Assembly (NCBI GenBank): GCA_964016885.1 | Contig: OZ024742.1 | Span: 323,950,001-324,014,000 of the forward strand | DNA from: Eledone cirrhosa | Taxonomy: Eukaryota | DNA length: 64,000 nucleotides | Direction of reading: 5' to 3' | In this document: piece after piece, positions 42,153 through 57,038 of the stretch | Layout of the letters: every line of letters starts with the position of its first letter | Numbering within the stretch: the first letter of the stretch is position 1 | Program-made: the position numbers and the translations under genes | The notes under the pieces: generated by a model | Database searches by the model: none | What the model was told of the DNA's origin: nothing | What the model saw: only the letters and a program-made list of their open reading frames with translations

Positions 42153-44263
42153 GGCGATCACTTAAATAAACATACTAATTTTCTCCTAATGCAGTTTATA
42201 TATAATATATCATGGATTACGTTACTGATTACATAAGACAGTGTAACAACGTCTTCGTTCAATTTCTGTTTATATTGTCAATTACGATTTTATTTGATGT
42301 ATCATATCTACATGTATATATACTTGCATATAATATCAATATACACAATACACATGCTAGCAGGAAAGCACCCGTAGGGTGATTTTTCTGCTAGTTATTA
42401 TAAAAGAAGAGCTGTTCCTTTGTCTGTCTGTCCATCAAACTCAAGAATAAAAAGGGGAGGTAACACTTTTTTATAGCTGAGAGGACAAAGGAGATATCTT
42501 ATGGCATGCTTATAGTTTATTGCAAGCTCAAGAATCTAAGGGTTAGAGGTAATCAGGTATAGATTTGTTGGAGAGGAACCTTCTGAATTTCTGAAGTATC
42601 TGCTCCTCCAGGATACACTGGAGGTGTAGCACTTCAATAAATACATCATAAAGGGACAATGTCTTAAAATATAAATATATTTAATATAAAGCTTCAATTT
42701 TAAGTCATTTGATTATTAATTGGACAATAAACAGACTAGCATTTTTACCATTCAACCATGGCATCTGAATTCGCTGTGTGGTATTCATTCACCCAGAGAT
42801 TATTTTGAAAACCTGCTCATGATTTTCAATTAATTTTGAAATAATTAAGAATTTTTAAGGATATAGTAAAATAAGTTATGTTTCAAACTCAAGCCTAAAA
42901 ATGAAAAAGTTACTTAACAAAAATATTCTGATATAAAATTATAATGGGAGTTTTAAATTTAAATAAGAACACTTTAAAACATGTTATTGCATCATAGAAC
43001 TAGAGGTGGCTTTAAGTGGTTTGGTACCAGAAGGGTTAAAGAAGTTAAGCAAAGATAAGAGGCATTCTGAATATATTTCAAATTGGTGAAACAGATATTC
43101 ATTTTATAAAACAAATAGGAAAAATTATAAAGCTGAAATTTAAATATAATAATTCTAAAACAAAAACAAAAGAAAAGCTCCCCACACCCAAATAAAACTA
43201 AAAACAAAATAAATAAAACTAGACATCAAGTTTGAATTGGCAAACATCCTACGTTATTTATTTATTTTTACTGAATTTTGATTCAATTCAAAAAACTTAA
43301 ACATACACATACATCCACATATGCACACACACACATCCACATATGCACACACACACATCCACAGACACGATGTTGAAGTTTAGGCAAATATCTCAATTTT
43401 ATCAGTTTCATATATAAAAATATAAAATACAAACAACAATAAAGTTTGTTTTGAAAATTTGAATCAATATTCTTCATCTTCCAAGGAACATTAGTTGCCA
43501 CATTGAAAGAAATGTACTAATCTTAGAGGAACAACTATAACAACATGTACCAATCATATTTCACAGTTGCAGTAGTGTAATCAACAATGGGCATATATAG
43601 TCATAAATCACGAATTCCCAAACTGTTAGAGCTATTTTATCAGAGAAGATGAATGAAAATGAAATGAAATTTACAGCTAACACCTATGCAAGTTTAGCTG
43701 ACTTCATGTGAAATTGCATCTCATAGGTTTCTTGGGTGTTAATGATAGGGGCCTCAGTCATATAAAAAACAACATGAAATGAAGAATCTTGTTCAAGAAC
43801 ACAATGCATTGTCTGGTCCAGGAATTGAATCTATGACTTTATGATCATGATTTCAACACCCTAACCACTAGGCTACACAACTTCACAAACATCAAATGTT
43901 TAAGGTCATTTTCCATATTAAAATAGAGGTTTAGTTACCCATGCAGGTCTCATGATAGACAACAACATGTACTACTCTTGTTTCATACATGTAGTACTGT
44001 CATTATGAATGAACATATATAGGCATAAATCACTAAGTTCCAAATAAAACTATAGAAAACTTATACAACAACAAGCGTTTAACCTTTTGATATCAAACTG
44101 CCTGAAACTGCTCCTGGTTCAACAATAGAAATCTGTTTTATAATAACAATGGAAATTATTGTGTACAATGCTCAGGTGCAATACAACTCATCAAACATGC
44201 ATGTGTAATACATAGAATACAAATGTCAGGAAAGTGAACAGTGTATGAGTCATGACAGACACA

Positions 44264-44314
<51 letters not shown>

Positions 44315-44499
44315 AGGGGGAATATAAGGTGTAGTATTGGCAAATTTCAGGAAGCATGGAAGTTTTAAAATGTTTATCACCATAATTCAATATTTCAGCA
44401 AAAAACCTTTGTTAAGTTTTGTTGCAAACATCAGCTTAATAATGAGAAAGTTAGTTATATTACTAAATCCCTTTAAATGCAAGCATTGATGGTTCTGAG

Positions 44500-45304
44500 G
44501 TAGGGACAATTTCTGTCCAAGGTGATGCAGGAAATGTGACTCAAGCACACCAAGAAGCTGATCAACAAGTTGAATCACCCACTGGACTTAGACATGCTGG
44601 AGTTCTTCTCCGATGAGAAGAACTTCAGCCAAGACCAGAAGATCAACTTCCAGAACAAGAGGTGGCTTGCTGTCTCACCCAAGGATGTACCCAGAGTCAT
44701 GCAGACGAAGTTTCTAGAAACAATCATAGTTTTTGGCGGCGTCAGCAGTGAAGGTGACGTGATGTCACCCCACTTCTTCCCTGCAGACCTCAGGCTGAAC
44801 ACCAACAGTTATATCCATGTTTTGAGAAAGGTGGTGAAGCCCTGGATCGACTGGGTAGCTGTAGGGAGGCTGTATGTGTGACTCAGCACCCTGCTATACC
44901 AGCCGGAAGGCCCAAGCCTGGCTGTCTGCGAATTTCTTCTACCATACTGCACCTGACATTTGGCCTCCCAATTCGCCTGACTCTAACCCCCTTGACCTCT
45001 TTGTGTGGGTCACAGTGGAATGAGAGACCAACTGATCCAGCTGCAACACAAAGGACAAGCTGAATGCAAGGATTATTAGAGCCTTCAGGAGCCTATGTTG
45101 GGAGACAGCGAAGAAGGCCTGTGGCTGGTTCTGAGGCCACCTTGAGGCTGTCACCAAAACCAAAGGTAGGTTCATTGAGTGTGATTGACAGAACATGTCA
45201 TGAAGACAAACTGACCCAAGTTTGGCAAATATATCTCACAAAATAAAAACTGTTATCTTTTCCCAGACAGTAATCTTGCAAATGTATACTGTCCACGTCT
45301 TGTA
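44500..45304 (+). mobile_element. Tc1/mariner (maT/DD37D-like) transposase remnant with probable 3' TIR
   Basis: FFSDEKNF, QNKRWLA, VSSEGDVMSPHFF and VVKPWI, then frameshifted DSAPC and WPPNSPDSNPLD. Confidence 0.88.
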
Positions 45305-45534
45305 TAAATGTTTTGAGAGCATTAGACTGAAGATCTAAAATAAACAAACTCAAATACCAGGTTTCTAATTTTCTTCAAAATTTATTGAAGCCTACACATT
45401 TTATTTGAGATATGGCTAGAAAAGGGTTAATAAGGCATGAGAGGAATTAAAATCCAAGCTCATGTATACACGAAAATTACATATGGGATATGACTCAAGA
45501 TTGAGTCATAGTGGCATTTAAACCTGGTGGAGTT

Positions 45535-45623
<89 letters not shown>

Positions 45624-47308
45624 ACCCAGTACCTGAAAGGGTGAAAGGCATAGTTGATCTTAACAAGACTTGAACTCTGAATATATCAAGCCAGAATGAA
45701 CACCATGAAGTATTTGATATCCAATGTTCTAATGATTCTGCCAATATGCCACCTATCCACTATGTACACAACCAGTAACTGTAGAATTATACAAAACCAC
45801 TCATTTAACGGCACCAGCTGTTTTCACTTATTTTTACAAATACACAGTCTGAATATGGTGAGGAAAAAAACCTGATCAACTAAGACTATCCTTGCAATTT
45901 CAAGACTGTAACTCTCTTTAGGAGTGTTCAGGAAATGGGAACCAAGTAAGGGAGGGTACTCCTATAGCTTGAACTGATCAAAGTTTTTTTTAAAAACAAT
46001 TTCAGACAATGTAGTCGGAATAGAATATAAACCAACATGGAGAAAGTAACAGACATTTTGATGTTTTTATATATATATATAAATCGAAATATTTGAGGCC
46101 GTCACAAAGCACTCCATGGTGTGAAAAGTTAATACATTTTCATCCAGAGTAAACACAAAGTTAAGAAAGTGTGACACCATGAATAAAACAACCAAGTGGC
46201 CATGGTTTATAACCACAACAATGATAAATACAAACAGGTACGAGACTAACCTGGACCATCTCCAATAGATAAGAATCAATAGAAATCAATAAAAATCTTC
46301 GATAAGTTTCTGAGATGTCAGGTAGATGCATCATAAGTTGCACAATGCATATACAAGTCGTAAGTGCACCTAGCTATTGTTTAGCAGTGGAACTGGAGAT
46401 CCTTTCCTTAGCAGGTGTTGTTCAATAGTATCTGATGTAGTTCTGCCATGACTAAACAGGGAAGCATTATACTGTAATAGTAAATTGTCCTGTGTCATCA
46501 CGTGACCTCTATCAAAAGAGGAGGTCATTTAGCCAAACTTTAGGCAGGTAAATTCAAGGTGTGAACAAAGATTTTCAGCCTAAAAAAAACTCTCAACTAG
46601 CATTTATAAGCAAAAAGTAACCAATACTTAATTAATTAATTACATAAAATTAAGAGAATAATGTTTGGTATAAATCAAAGTATATATATTAATCATCATT
46701 CATTATTGGTTTTGTGTCCGTTTTTCCATGTTGGCATGGGTTGGATGAGAATTTTTGATGCAGAATTCTATAGACAGTGGCCCTTCCCAGCAGGATGTAA
46801 ACAAACATCACCAACAGAGGGATCGAACTAGAAGCCACTCAGTTAAAAACCAAATTTCTTAACAAGACAGTCAAAAAAATTATATAATTATATAATTATG
46901 ATCTTTTTCAATCAAAAGAAAAATTGTTATGTTCCTCACTCTCTCTTTCTCTCTATATATACATGAGCATGTGAATGTGGACACACACACACACACACAT
47001 CATATTAGCAATATTCACTATTGATTGAAAAAAGATCATAATTCAAAATGAAATGAATAATTACATAACTACAAAAATATATTAGTTTTTAAATTGTTTT
47101 CTACTTTCTTATAATATAAAATGGAACAGTACAAATAAGCTTCAATGAATAAAAACTATAAATAAATAATTAATTAAACACAAACACACACACATATATA
47201 TAGATATATATTTAAGTATATGTAAAAGGTAAATAGAAATAACAAAACTATCAGCACAGTACATGAAAGAAATATATTAGTTTAACGCTTGAAATAGCAG
47301 GAAGGAAG

Positions 47309-47345
47309 CCTTAACGTTTCAGACACTAGTCTTTCATCAAAAGAG
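47309..47345 (-). ncRNA. Degenerate minimal hammerhead (C3 to T)
   Basis: Minus strand reads CTT TTGATGA A AGAC-TAGT-GTCT GAAACGTT AAG, the typical minimal Penelope hammerhead layout. Confidence 0.45.
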
Positions 47346-48661
47346 AGAGATAGAAAAAGAAGATAAAAAGAAAATAAAGTGATATGAGAAAAATGAGAAA
47401 AAAAACAACACATGATATATATAATCATTCTTAAATATCCAAATACTTCTTACCTAATGAAAAAATACAGTAATATGAAATGCACAGTATAGGTGGGTTT
47501 TGAACTCAGAATGTAAAGGGCCATAACTATGCCATGAAGCAGGGTGTTCAATGCTTTACCAACACTGTTATTGCTGTATATGAGTAGTCACTGTTCAAAA
47601 TGGTGTGAATTCACAGGTTGGAGCTGACTTGATCCAACCTGAGGAAATGCTGACATAAGTACAAGTAAACCAATAAAAATCAGATAAAAAAATAAATGTG
47701 GAGAATGGTTCAATTGATTATTATACTTTTTTTCTTTAAGAATATTCTTGCGTTAATGATATGAAATCATTTTTGAGAATCTTAGGATTATAGAGATGGT
47801 GTACAGGCAATATTTTGATACTTTCTATTTCTAGGTTCAAATCTTATCTGAGGAGGTTAATAGATATGACATTGTCCAACTCATGTCAACATGGAAAAGG
47901 GACGGATGATGATGATGAGGACATTGAAGCTCATTTCAATTAACTAAGCTCCTTCAAACAAACATAAAAAAAAGAAACAATGAGGGAGCATCAATGTAGC
48001 CACTCAACTTGTTAGAAATAGCAGCCAAATCTCCATCAAATCACTCCCTACAATATGGGGCTATTGTAAAAGACACTTGAGGCCATGCAGTGGGATGGAT
48101 TCTGAAACTACATGTTTGTAAAGTGAACTTAATCACACAATTATAACTGCACCTATCCACACAGCCAGGTTAGTTTAATATTGCTGCCATCACCACAACT
48201 GCCAGCATACAACCAATTTCACAGACATTCAGTACACTTTTAAATTTTCCTTATTTCTCAATGTAATCTTTCATGGATTTCTTTATATTTCTTATACAAT
48301 TTCAAGACTCTATGACTCATAGTTCTTATTATCATTCCATTTAACATCACCACCATCACGTCACTGGGTGCCTTTATTAGAGTTCACTCTGTTACAAACA
48401 TATCGACCAATTCCTCTCCCTCTCTTCCCAGGTTTTTTTATTTTATTTTAATGCAGATAAAAATTTTTTTAAAATAAAATTTAGCTTTCATCATTTCCTT
48501 TCTCACTTTCCACTCAATTGTTAACCTAGGACCTCGACAAGAGTAAAAAAAAAAAAAAAAAAAAAAAGGGAGACTTGACCATATCTGCAGAAGATAATTA
48601 CCTCAGTGCTTTATCTAGCGAATCATTTTGCTTTACGGGTTGGAGAAAAAAAACAAAACTA

Positions 48662-48725
<64 letters not shown>

Positions 48726-49071
48726 GGAAAAAAACGTTTTGCACCTAGTCAAATAAAAACATTGTTGACATTCTTGCACTCATATTCACATAAAACAATT
48801 GCAAGAGCAAACTTACATTTCTGTCAGATTTTGCATATTGATTTTTGTATTATTATTATTGTTTTTGTTGATTTCATATGTGTGAATGTCTCTTGAGGCA
48901 GTGCATATCAAATTAGATTATTACCAAGGTTTTTTTTACAGATTGAAAAAAAGAAAAAAAAAATTTTTTTTCTGGAATATTTTTGCAAACCAACTATGAA
49001 ACGTCAAGATGTCTGTCTATCGTAATACTGGGGACACACAGAAGTCTTGTCTTTGACTTTTAGACAGCATT

Positions 49072-49156
49072 CTATCTCTCAAATTCTTCTTTGCAATATT
49101 CACCGTCCTCCTCTATGAGAGAAGTAGTGAAAGATGTTAAAGAATCAGAATAGCTC
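49072..49156 (-). CDS. Candidate exon: SYSDSLTSFTTSLIEEDGEYCKEEFER*
   Basis: Acceptor cttttgttttgaag (AAG type), open frame to TAG, non-repetitive sequence. No homology recognised. Confidence 0.3.
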
Positions 49157-52100
49157 CTTCAAAACAAAAGACAGAAGCATGATTTGAATACATGATAATT
49201 AAATTTAAAAAAAATAAAGAGATGAAGTAAATTTAAATAAAAGACAAAACAGATACATTCGAAAGCATAGATTGTAAAATTTAACTAATTTGTTAGCCTG
49301 TTTTTAATGAAATACACTGCCTATATGTTTTGTGAAGGTGTGTGGCTTAGTGTTTAGAGAGTTGGATTTGCAATTGTGAGGTTGTGAGTTCAATTCTCAG
49401 TGATGCAAGATGCTTTATTTCATGTTGCTCCTTCTGCCAGGAGTTGTGACCGCTAGATAGTATCACCAATGGAAAGATCAATGGAAACATTGTTTCCTTG
49501 GTCCGATTTGATCAGAGTGAGTGATATGTTTCAGTAATTTTGAAACTGAAAATCTGAAGGAATTTAGTAAAATAATTTTTTCATTATCAACAATGATTCT
49601 TACATAAAATTATATTGTAGAACAGAAAAGGAAATGATTTTCAGAATTTAACCTTTTTGTTGCCATATTTCTAATGAAATACACTGCTTATGTGTTTCAA
49701 ATAATTTTGAAAATAATAAAACAATTTAGAGAAATAAAGTAAAATAACTAACATTTTAAGTTGGTTTATGAAAAGTACCAAGATTGGAGATACAATATAT
49801 TGTAAAAGATCTAACTATAAACAAAATCTTTGAGAATGTGGTGGTTACAAAAAGATTAAAAAACAGAACCTCCTAGTTACTTTACAGTTTACTTTGCTTT
49901 CCATTTTTTCTTCATCTTTTTCTGCTTATTTTGCCTCCTTTGGCCTTCCATATTTATTTTATTTTAAACTTTAATTTCTATTTTTATATTCACTTATCTC
50001 TGTATATCTTACTTTTTGTTTCTCAACTGTAAAAAGGACTAAATACTTCCCCTAGTCTGCCATGGTTTATTAGCTCTATAAAGATGTTATCATTGAATAA
50101 ATAAATAAATATGGAACACAACAATGGATCTAACATAAAATTATGTTGGATAAAAGAAAAAGGAAAGGAGCCAATATTTAGATCAAACCAAGGAAACTAT
50201 ATTTCCATTGGTGAAAACCATCCAGTTCAACTCTTTAACAATCTAGTCACCTTGCTCCTCGAACTGGTACTTTATTTATCAACCCCCCAAAAAGTGAAAG
50301 GTAATGTTGACTATGGTGCTATTATGTAGAACACAGAGCTGGAATAAAAACCAAGGAATGCAGACATGCTTGTCAAACTGAGAAATAATGAAAAAAAAAA
50401 AAAAAAAAAAAAAATGGTAGTTTTAAATTTGCCACTTAGACACAAATGTTGCCGAGCAAGAAATGCATAGAGGCAACAGTTTTGCTCAAATTGTTAGCAA
50501 CATCAAACTTTTAAGCATAGACAGAGGCATGGCCATGTAATTAAGAAGGTCATTTTGCAACATAGTGGGCTCTCCCCCACTGAGAAATATCTTGGAGTGT
50601 AAGTGAAATTGGTAGATGGAAATTGTACAGGCCATTGCTAACACAAGCATCAATATTTGTTTAGATGCTGCATACACCAAAGTCCTACAGCTTAGTGGTT
50701 AGTTGTAAAAATATCTGTACCTTACTTGAAATACAAATAAACAACGAGGATTGGCATTAAGAAGGGATCTAGCCATAGAATTCTACATCAAAATGTCTTG
50801 CCCAACTAATGCTAGTATGGAAAAAACATAAAAAATGATACAATAATGATGATGAACATAATATAGCTTCAATTGTCTTAGAGCTGTGAAAAGAATATTT
50901 GTAAGGACTCCATCTTCTTCTAAAGAATTTATTCAGGAGCAGGCAAAGAGAAAGCTGATTTTTTTTTCTTTGTTTCATAGAGAGAGGAGAGCTTTCTTTA
51001 TGACCTCAACTGATTAGTTAAAAGGGAGTTCTGGTAGATATGAGGAAAAGCATTTGTATATATAGAGAGGTATAGCATTTAACACTATCTGCATGACATT
51101 CAAGACTGTGGCTGAGGTTTAGAGATATCACATGAAACAGCCATCTATGAATGTGTCCACAATACAAAGGTGACAGTCAAGAACAGGAAATAACATTGAC
51201 ACCTGGCTTATCAAATTTGTAGAAGAATACAAGTGGATGATAAACATACAAGTTACAGGGATCAACATGTGGTGGTCAAGAGAGAGGAGATGGTCACCAT
51301 CAATTAGCATCTTCTTACAACTTTTCAAGACCACAGAGCAAAATGCTGTGTACAATAGGAGTAGAAATGAAGGGTATAAGACTGATGGAACATGGCAGTA
51401 AAACAAAGTGTGGGTGCTCAGGCATGTGTTGGTGGGTAACCAAAACCGATTTTCATGGTTTTGAATTAATTTTTGTATTAATTATTGTGTGTTTATATAT
51501 AATTTTATATGTATTCTGTATCTTTATTAAATTTTAATACATTCATTGTATTACATCTTCATCCATTGCCCTCATTTTTATATAACTTTGTCTTGTCCAC
51601 CCGACCACATGTATTGTAACACCTGATGATTTTAACGTCTATTGTATATGTGCAAGCCCTTGTAGCTAATAAAACAATTATTATTATTATTAACCCATAC
51701 CAGCATGGAAAATGGATGTAAGAATGATGATGATCATTGGCAGGCAATAATTAGAAATATCTTCCTGCAAGCAATATGGACATTCTTGCAGTATCCTGCT
51801 AGCATTCTCTGCTTGATAGGATTCAATCGCTATAAAATAAAAGATGATGATGATAATGATGATGAAGAAGGTAAGGGAGGAGAGGAGAAATGAAGAAGGC
51901 AGAGAAGAAAAGAAAGGAAGATAAGGAATTTAAGAAGGAGAACAATAATAAGACAGAACAACAACAAAAAGATAAGAAAGAATATATGACGAAAATAAAG
52001 CAAAAGAACAACATCAGCATCAATTTTTTTTATGTGGTTTAGTGAGGTGGTGGCTATGGTATAATGATAGAAGGTGGTAAAGATTCTTATTTTTACTTCA

Positions 52101-53088
52101 CACATACGACATACACTATACACACACACACTACATTACACATACATACACTACACACATGCACATTATACACTATATACAAAACCATTATCAATGATAT
52201 CCAAGTGTTGAAGTAAAATAGCTCAGCTAATGGTCTACCCAAGATTATCTGTTGTGTGAGTGTGTGTAAATGAAAGAAAGAAAAAAAAACAAAAAAACAC
52301 CCAAAACACAACACTCAATTGAATATCACCATTTAATCAAAAGTTGTTGCAATGTATGATATTATGATATCTTGAGATTCTGGCAAAAGAAAGAATGAAC
52401 AATGTTTGTTTATATTTTCATACTATTTATGTATGTTTGTATTATTGTTGTTATTATTGTTGTTGTTGTCATCATTGATTATGAAAAATTCTTTCTGCTA
52501 GGATGATAAATTCATTGCCAGAACAAGGATATGATTATTGCATTTAATATCACACCCGTACTTGACTCTTGTCATCGTCATCATATTCCCATACACATCA
52601 TCATCACCACATTCTGCATCACCACCATCCTCATCATTATCCCCCATCACAATCACTGCAATCACAATCACCATCATCATCCCCCATCACAATCACAATC
52701 ACCATCATCATCATCATTATCATTATCATAATCACCATCATAGTTGAATTGGCAGTCATTAGAGCGTTGGGTAGAATATTGTGTGAGATTTGTTTCCGAC
52801 CATTTGCACTTTGAGTTTGAATCCTGTTGAAGCCAGAAAGCTTGAACAAATACTGATACATTTACTCCAACACTCTAGCGATCATTTGAACTTGTAAAAC
52901 CACTAAATTACAGGACAAACGGTAATGTAAACAGACATGCACACACAGCTGATGGAAATTTCTTTTTCCATCATTAAGGGTCTTCCCCTTATTTTATAAG
53001 CTATTTTATAGCAAGAGCAAACCACTCTTTATATTAATTTTATCCCCTCAGCGTTTTGTAAAAGTTCGAGAGATCTGCTACGTATATA

Positions 53089-53239
53089 TATATAAAATGT
53101 TTAATATAGGAATGGCTTCTACAGGACTAGAACTGTTTCATTCAAAGGAAATCATCAGGAAAGTCTTTCCTGATGATTTCCTTCGAATGAAACAGTTCTA
53201 GACCTATAGAAGCTATTTCTATATTAAATATTGTATATA
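53089..53239. repeat. ~150-bp palindrome carrying two back-to-back hammerhead-like motifs (Penelope pLTR-type)
   Basis: Arms centred on 53164. The minus copy reads TTTC CTGATGA TTTC-CTTT-GAAT GAA ACAG-TTCTAGTC-CTGT A GAAG. The plus copy has a stem III mismatch. A partial copy lies at about 1204-1235. Confidence 0.7.
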
Positions 53240-53651
53240 CTCTACTATGTATTGAGTACTTTAGTTACAGTGGCTACCCCCAATTGAATCCGACACACAC
53301 ACACACACATATATTATTAGCACAGATTAAAGTTTAAGCAAATAATTTTTGCTTTCACCCTATTGCAATCCTTATCGAGCCCTCTTTGGATTTAGGTGTT
53401 CGTAATTATTATTACTATATATATATATATATATAATAATAATAATTATAGACTTTTGAATGAGGAATGTTCTAACAACTGACCAATGAGAGGAGAAGAG
53501 GCCCTTTGACACTGAAATTCATTTGTTTGAATTCATGTGATTCCAGTTCCTCAGTGAAATAACAACCCAACCAGGAACTGGGCGTATCAGAGTATTGACA
53601 AAATTATACACCTCAACAACATATGTACTTGTCTATACCACACTAATTCGG

Positions 53652-53706
53652 ACTGCCTGAAGAGGTCACAGCCAAAGATGGCTGTCACCGAAATATATAT
53701 AGCAGT
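53652..53706 (+). ncRNA. Type I hammerhead ribozyme with intact core
   Basis: ACTGC CTGAAGA GGTCACAGCCA-aaga-TGGCTGTCACC GAAA TATATAT A GCAGT. Perfect 5-bp stem I, G10.1-C11.1 pair, palindromic stem III. Confidence 0.85.
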
Positions 53707-53747
53707 AATAAACGAAGCTAAATTTTAAACATTTGACTTATTTATTT

Positions 53748-53788
<41 letters not shown>

Positions 53789-56605
53789 GGCACACACACA
53801 TACATGCATACACACAGTTATACACAACAAGCTTCAACACAGTTTCTGTCTAACAAATTTTACTCACAAGGTATTGATTAACTTGAAGCTACATTAGAAA
53901 ACAGATACCCAAGATGCCATGCAGTGAGACTGAACTGGAAAGCAAGTGGTTATGAAGAGAACTCCTTAACCACACAGCCATGTCTGATTATTATTGGAAG
54001 TTTTGTCTGTGTAAAAAAAAACATGTGAGTGATGATTTCTATCACATAGTGACATATAGCTTTAACCCTTAAAATCCTGTATCACAAAACTACAATAGCA
54101 AAATAGCCGTTAAATGTACAAAACACCACTATGACTGCATCACATTAAAAAATTAATGTCTTTATCCTAATTCTGTAAATTTTCACAAAAATCTGTCCAC
54201 TAGTTTAGAATACTATAAACATTTGAATTAACAAACCCATTTAAATGAAATTTTCTGATAAATTATTACAGGATGTTAAGAATTAATATCATAATTTTTC
54301 TGTCAGATCCAAAGATTGCATGTCAATCTGAAAAAATATACAGAATCTTCACAATATACAGAAAGCACAACTGATATAGGAAAACCATTGTGTAGAAACT
54401 TAGCACAGGTAGAAGCCTAACAAGAGAGCAACAATTGGCATGCTTAAAACAAAGAGTGATGTAAATAATATGCCAACATAAAACTAACTTAACAAAAAAC
54501 ACTACCAAGAAGCTATATTACATCTAGAAGGAAGCAACATGATTCAGTGCTAAAGTAAAGCTCTGTAAGAACTAACTACCATATAGCAAACACGCAAAAG
54601 ACACTGTAAATCAACATCTTCACCATATAATGTCTATTTTTCATGCTTGCATAAGTTAGAGGGTTGTCATGTTCCATTTTTGGCTCGGTTTCTGTAATGT
54701 CAATCACTTTGCAGTGTGGACTGGAAGCTTTTTTGAGGTACCAGTACAGTCACTTAACAATATGGACTGGGTGCTTTTTATTGTGGCACTAGCATAAAAA
54801 GGTGCTATAAAAATAAAAATAAGATACAACACAAAAAAAAAAATATTACAGAGAACATGAAAGCACATGATCAAGTGGTTAATGTGTTGAGTTCCCAGAC
54901 CACATGATGCATTGTGTCCTTGAGCAATGGACTGGTGTCCCATACAAAGAAAGTCTTATATTGTCAGTTGCTAAACCTTTTCATTAATGTATTTCTAATG
55001 AAATACTTAGTATTTTAAGTAATTAATGAAGAATTTACGAAGTATCTACTAATTTTATCATGAAGATATTTGTAACATAACAAAATGTTCTAACATAAAT
55101 TATGTTGGAAGGTTTTAATTTATGTAGGAACACTTTAAATGGGTTGTTTTGTTTCATTGAAAGAGAGACAGCTTGGGGCAGGTTGGTGTCAAAAAGATTA
55201 ATGATCATGAAATCAGGATAAACAGCAAACTGTCCAGCTTAGGCAAACATGGATAACCTACTACTACATCTACCTAACAGATATATCAATGTCTGGAGCT
55301 GTCTCTCATACTTACTGAAGATAACAAAAATAATATTCATTAACTATTATACAATAATTTATTCAGAGTACTGTGTTCATCTTGGTTGTCAATGTTTCGG
55401 CTGTTGTACCCACTGACCAATTATAACAAGGAAATTTGTTCCACATGCTAATGGCTGCCAATTTGCCATATCAAATGTATTAAATCCAGCTGTTTTTTGA
55501 CAGTTATTTGGTTTTTAAGTTTTCCTGCTGAGTGTATTCAGTTTTGAATAGGTACACCATATTGACGTGTGATAATAGGCAACTAAAAGAGTCAGAATCA
55601 TGAAGGTCACTTAATCATAAAACATCACCTTAAAAAGGACTTGAGACCCATAAGGCTTGAAATCACTTGAAAACTTATTTATCAAGAAACCTTCAATCAT
55701 AATTTTTATGAAAAAACCCCCCCAAAACTTTATGTTTAAAACATCAGCTTAATGATGAGGAAGTTAGTTATATTACTAAATCTCTCTTCAAATTCTTGAT
55801 TATTTTCAAAATTAATTGAAATACAGTCGTTCTTTAAAAATATAGCAACAAAAGGATTAAAACACTTATGCTGTTCTCTTTTAGGGTTTTACACCGTCTC
55901 CACTGTCTTAAGTTAAATTGAGATGTTTGTCTATGAACTTTTTCATGCAGTTGTTTAAGCATCCAATCAATTAAGTAATAATAATTATTAATTAACATAA
56001 GAATTAATACAGCATATATATTAATATTAACATCTTTAATTTTATTTTATGTTAATAATGCTAAATAAAGAAAATAATGAACATAGGACAAAAGAAATAA
56101 GCTAGGAAAACAAAACTGATTCAGCATACAGAGAAACACTTTCGACAACATTGTTGTTGCTTAGTGGAATTTATTAACACCTAAAGGGGACAATATAATG
56201 ATAAATTCTAGAGAATTCTATCTAGATGTAATACAAATATAGATAAATAAACAAACACATTTAATAGAAGGGAAAATGTTCAAGTTGTATAAAAAAAAAA
56301 TCAAAAAAAAAAATCACATCTATCAATAAAGTCCCCCCCCCCCCCCCCCCCCCCAAAAAAAAATTAAGTTCCTTTATAATGACTGATAAGGAATTAGATA
56401 ACAGGAATAACGAGTCTCTTGATTTTGTAGATAAGAGGAGAATAGTGTGAAACAGTGATTGATAGAGTTAACAGGTATTATTTTCAAGACATTGAACCGA
56501 ATTCTATGAGAATTGAAGATTATTTCTTCAGCTTGGTTACTTAATGAGAGACAGTTTAGTTATGTATATAGACAGGAAAAGACAGGTGGAAAGGGGGTAT
56601 CAGAA

Positions 56606-57038
56606 GATGGGGGAACAGAGAGATTGTGTGTGAATGTGTGTGGTTAACAGAGAAATTGTCTGTGTGTCTGGTGAATGGATACTGTGTGTATATGTGGTGA
56701 ACAGAGAGATTGTGTGTGTGGTGAACAGACAGATTGTGTATATGTGTGTATGGTGAACAGAGAGATTGTGTGTATGGTGAACAGAGAGATTGTGTATATG
56801 TGCGTATGGTGAACAGAGAGATTGTGTGTATGGTGAATAGATAGATTGTGTATATGTGTGTATGGTGAACAGAGAGATTGTGTGTATGGTGAACAGAGAG
56901 ATTGTGTATATGTGCATATGGTGAACAGAGAGATTGTGTGTATGGTGAACAGAGAGATTGTGTGTATGGTGAACAGAGAGATTGTGTGTGTGGTGAACAG
57001 AGGTTGTGTGTGAAGTGAACAGTGAGATTGTCTGTGTG
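56606..57038. repeat. Minisatellite of alternating 22- and 32-bp units (atggtgaacagagagattgtgt...)
   Basis: Directly visible. Confidence 0.93.

Larger units (their letters stand above)
41684..42394 (+). mobile_element. Probable non-autonomous Helitron containing a SINE insertion
   Basis: 5' A|TCTAAACTATAATAAAG, and a 3' hairpin CACCC-gta-GGGTG followed by CTAG|T. A second Helitron-like 5' start follows at about 42396. Confidence 0.55.

Noticed and set aside
55385-55410. Hammerhead half-motifs (also at about 31626-31640, 46280-46340, 51619-51630)
   Set aside because: Only one half of the catalytic core is present.
56606-57038. CRISPR-like regularly spaced repeats
   Set aside because: The spacers are TG/TA runs rather than unique sequence; eukaryotic minisatellite.
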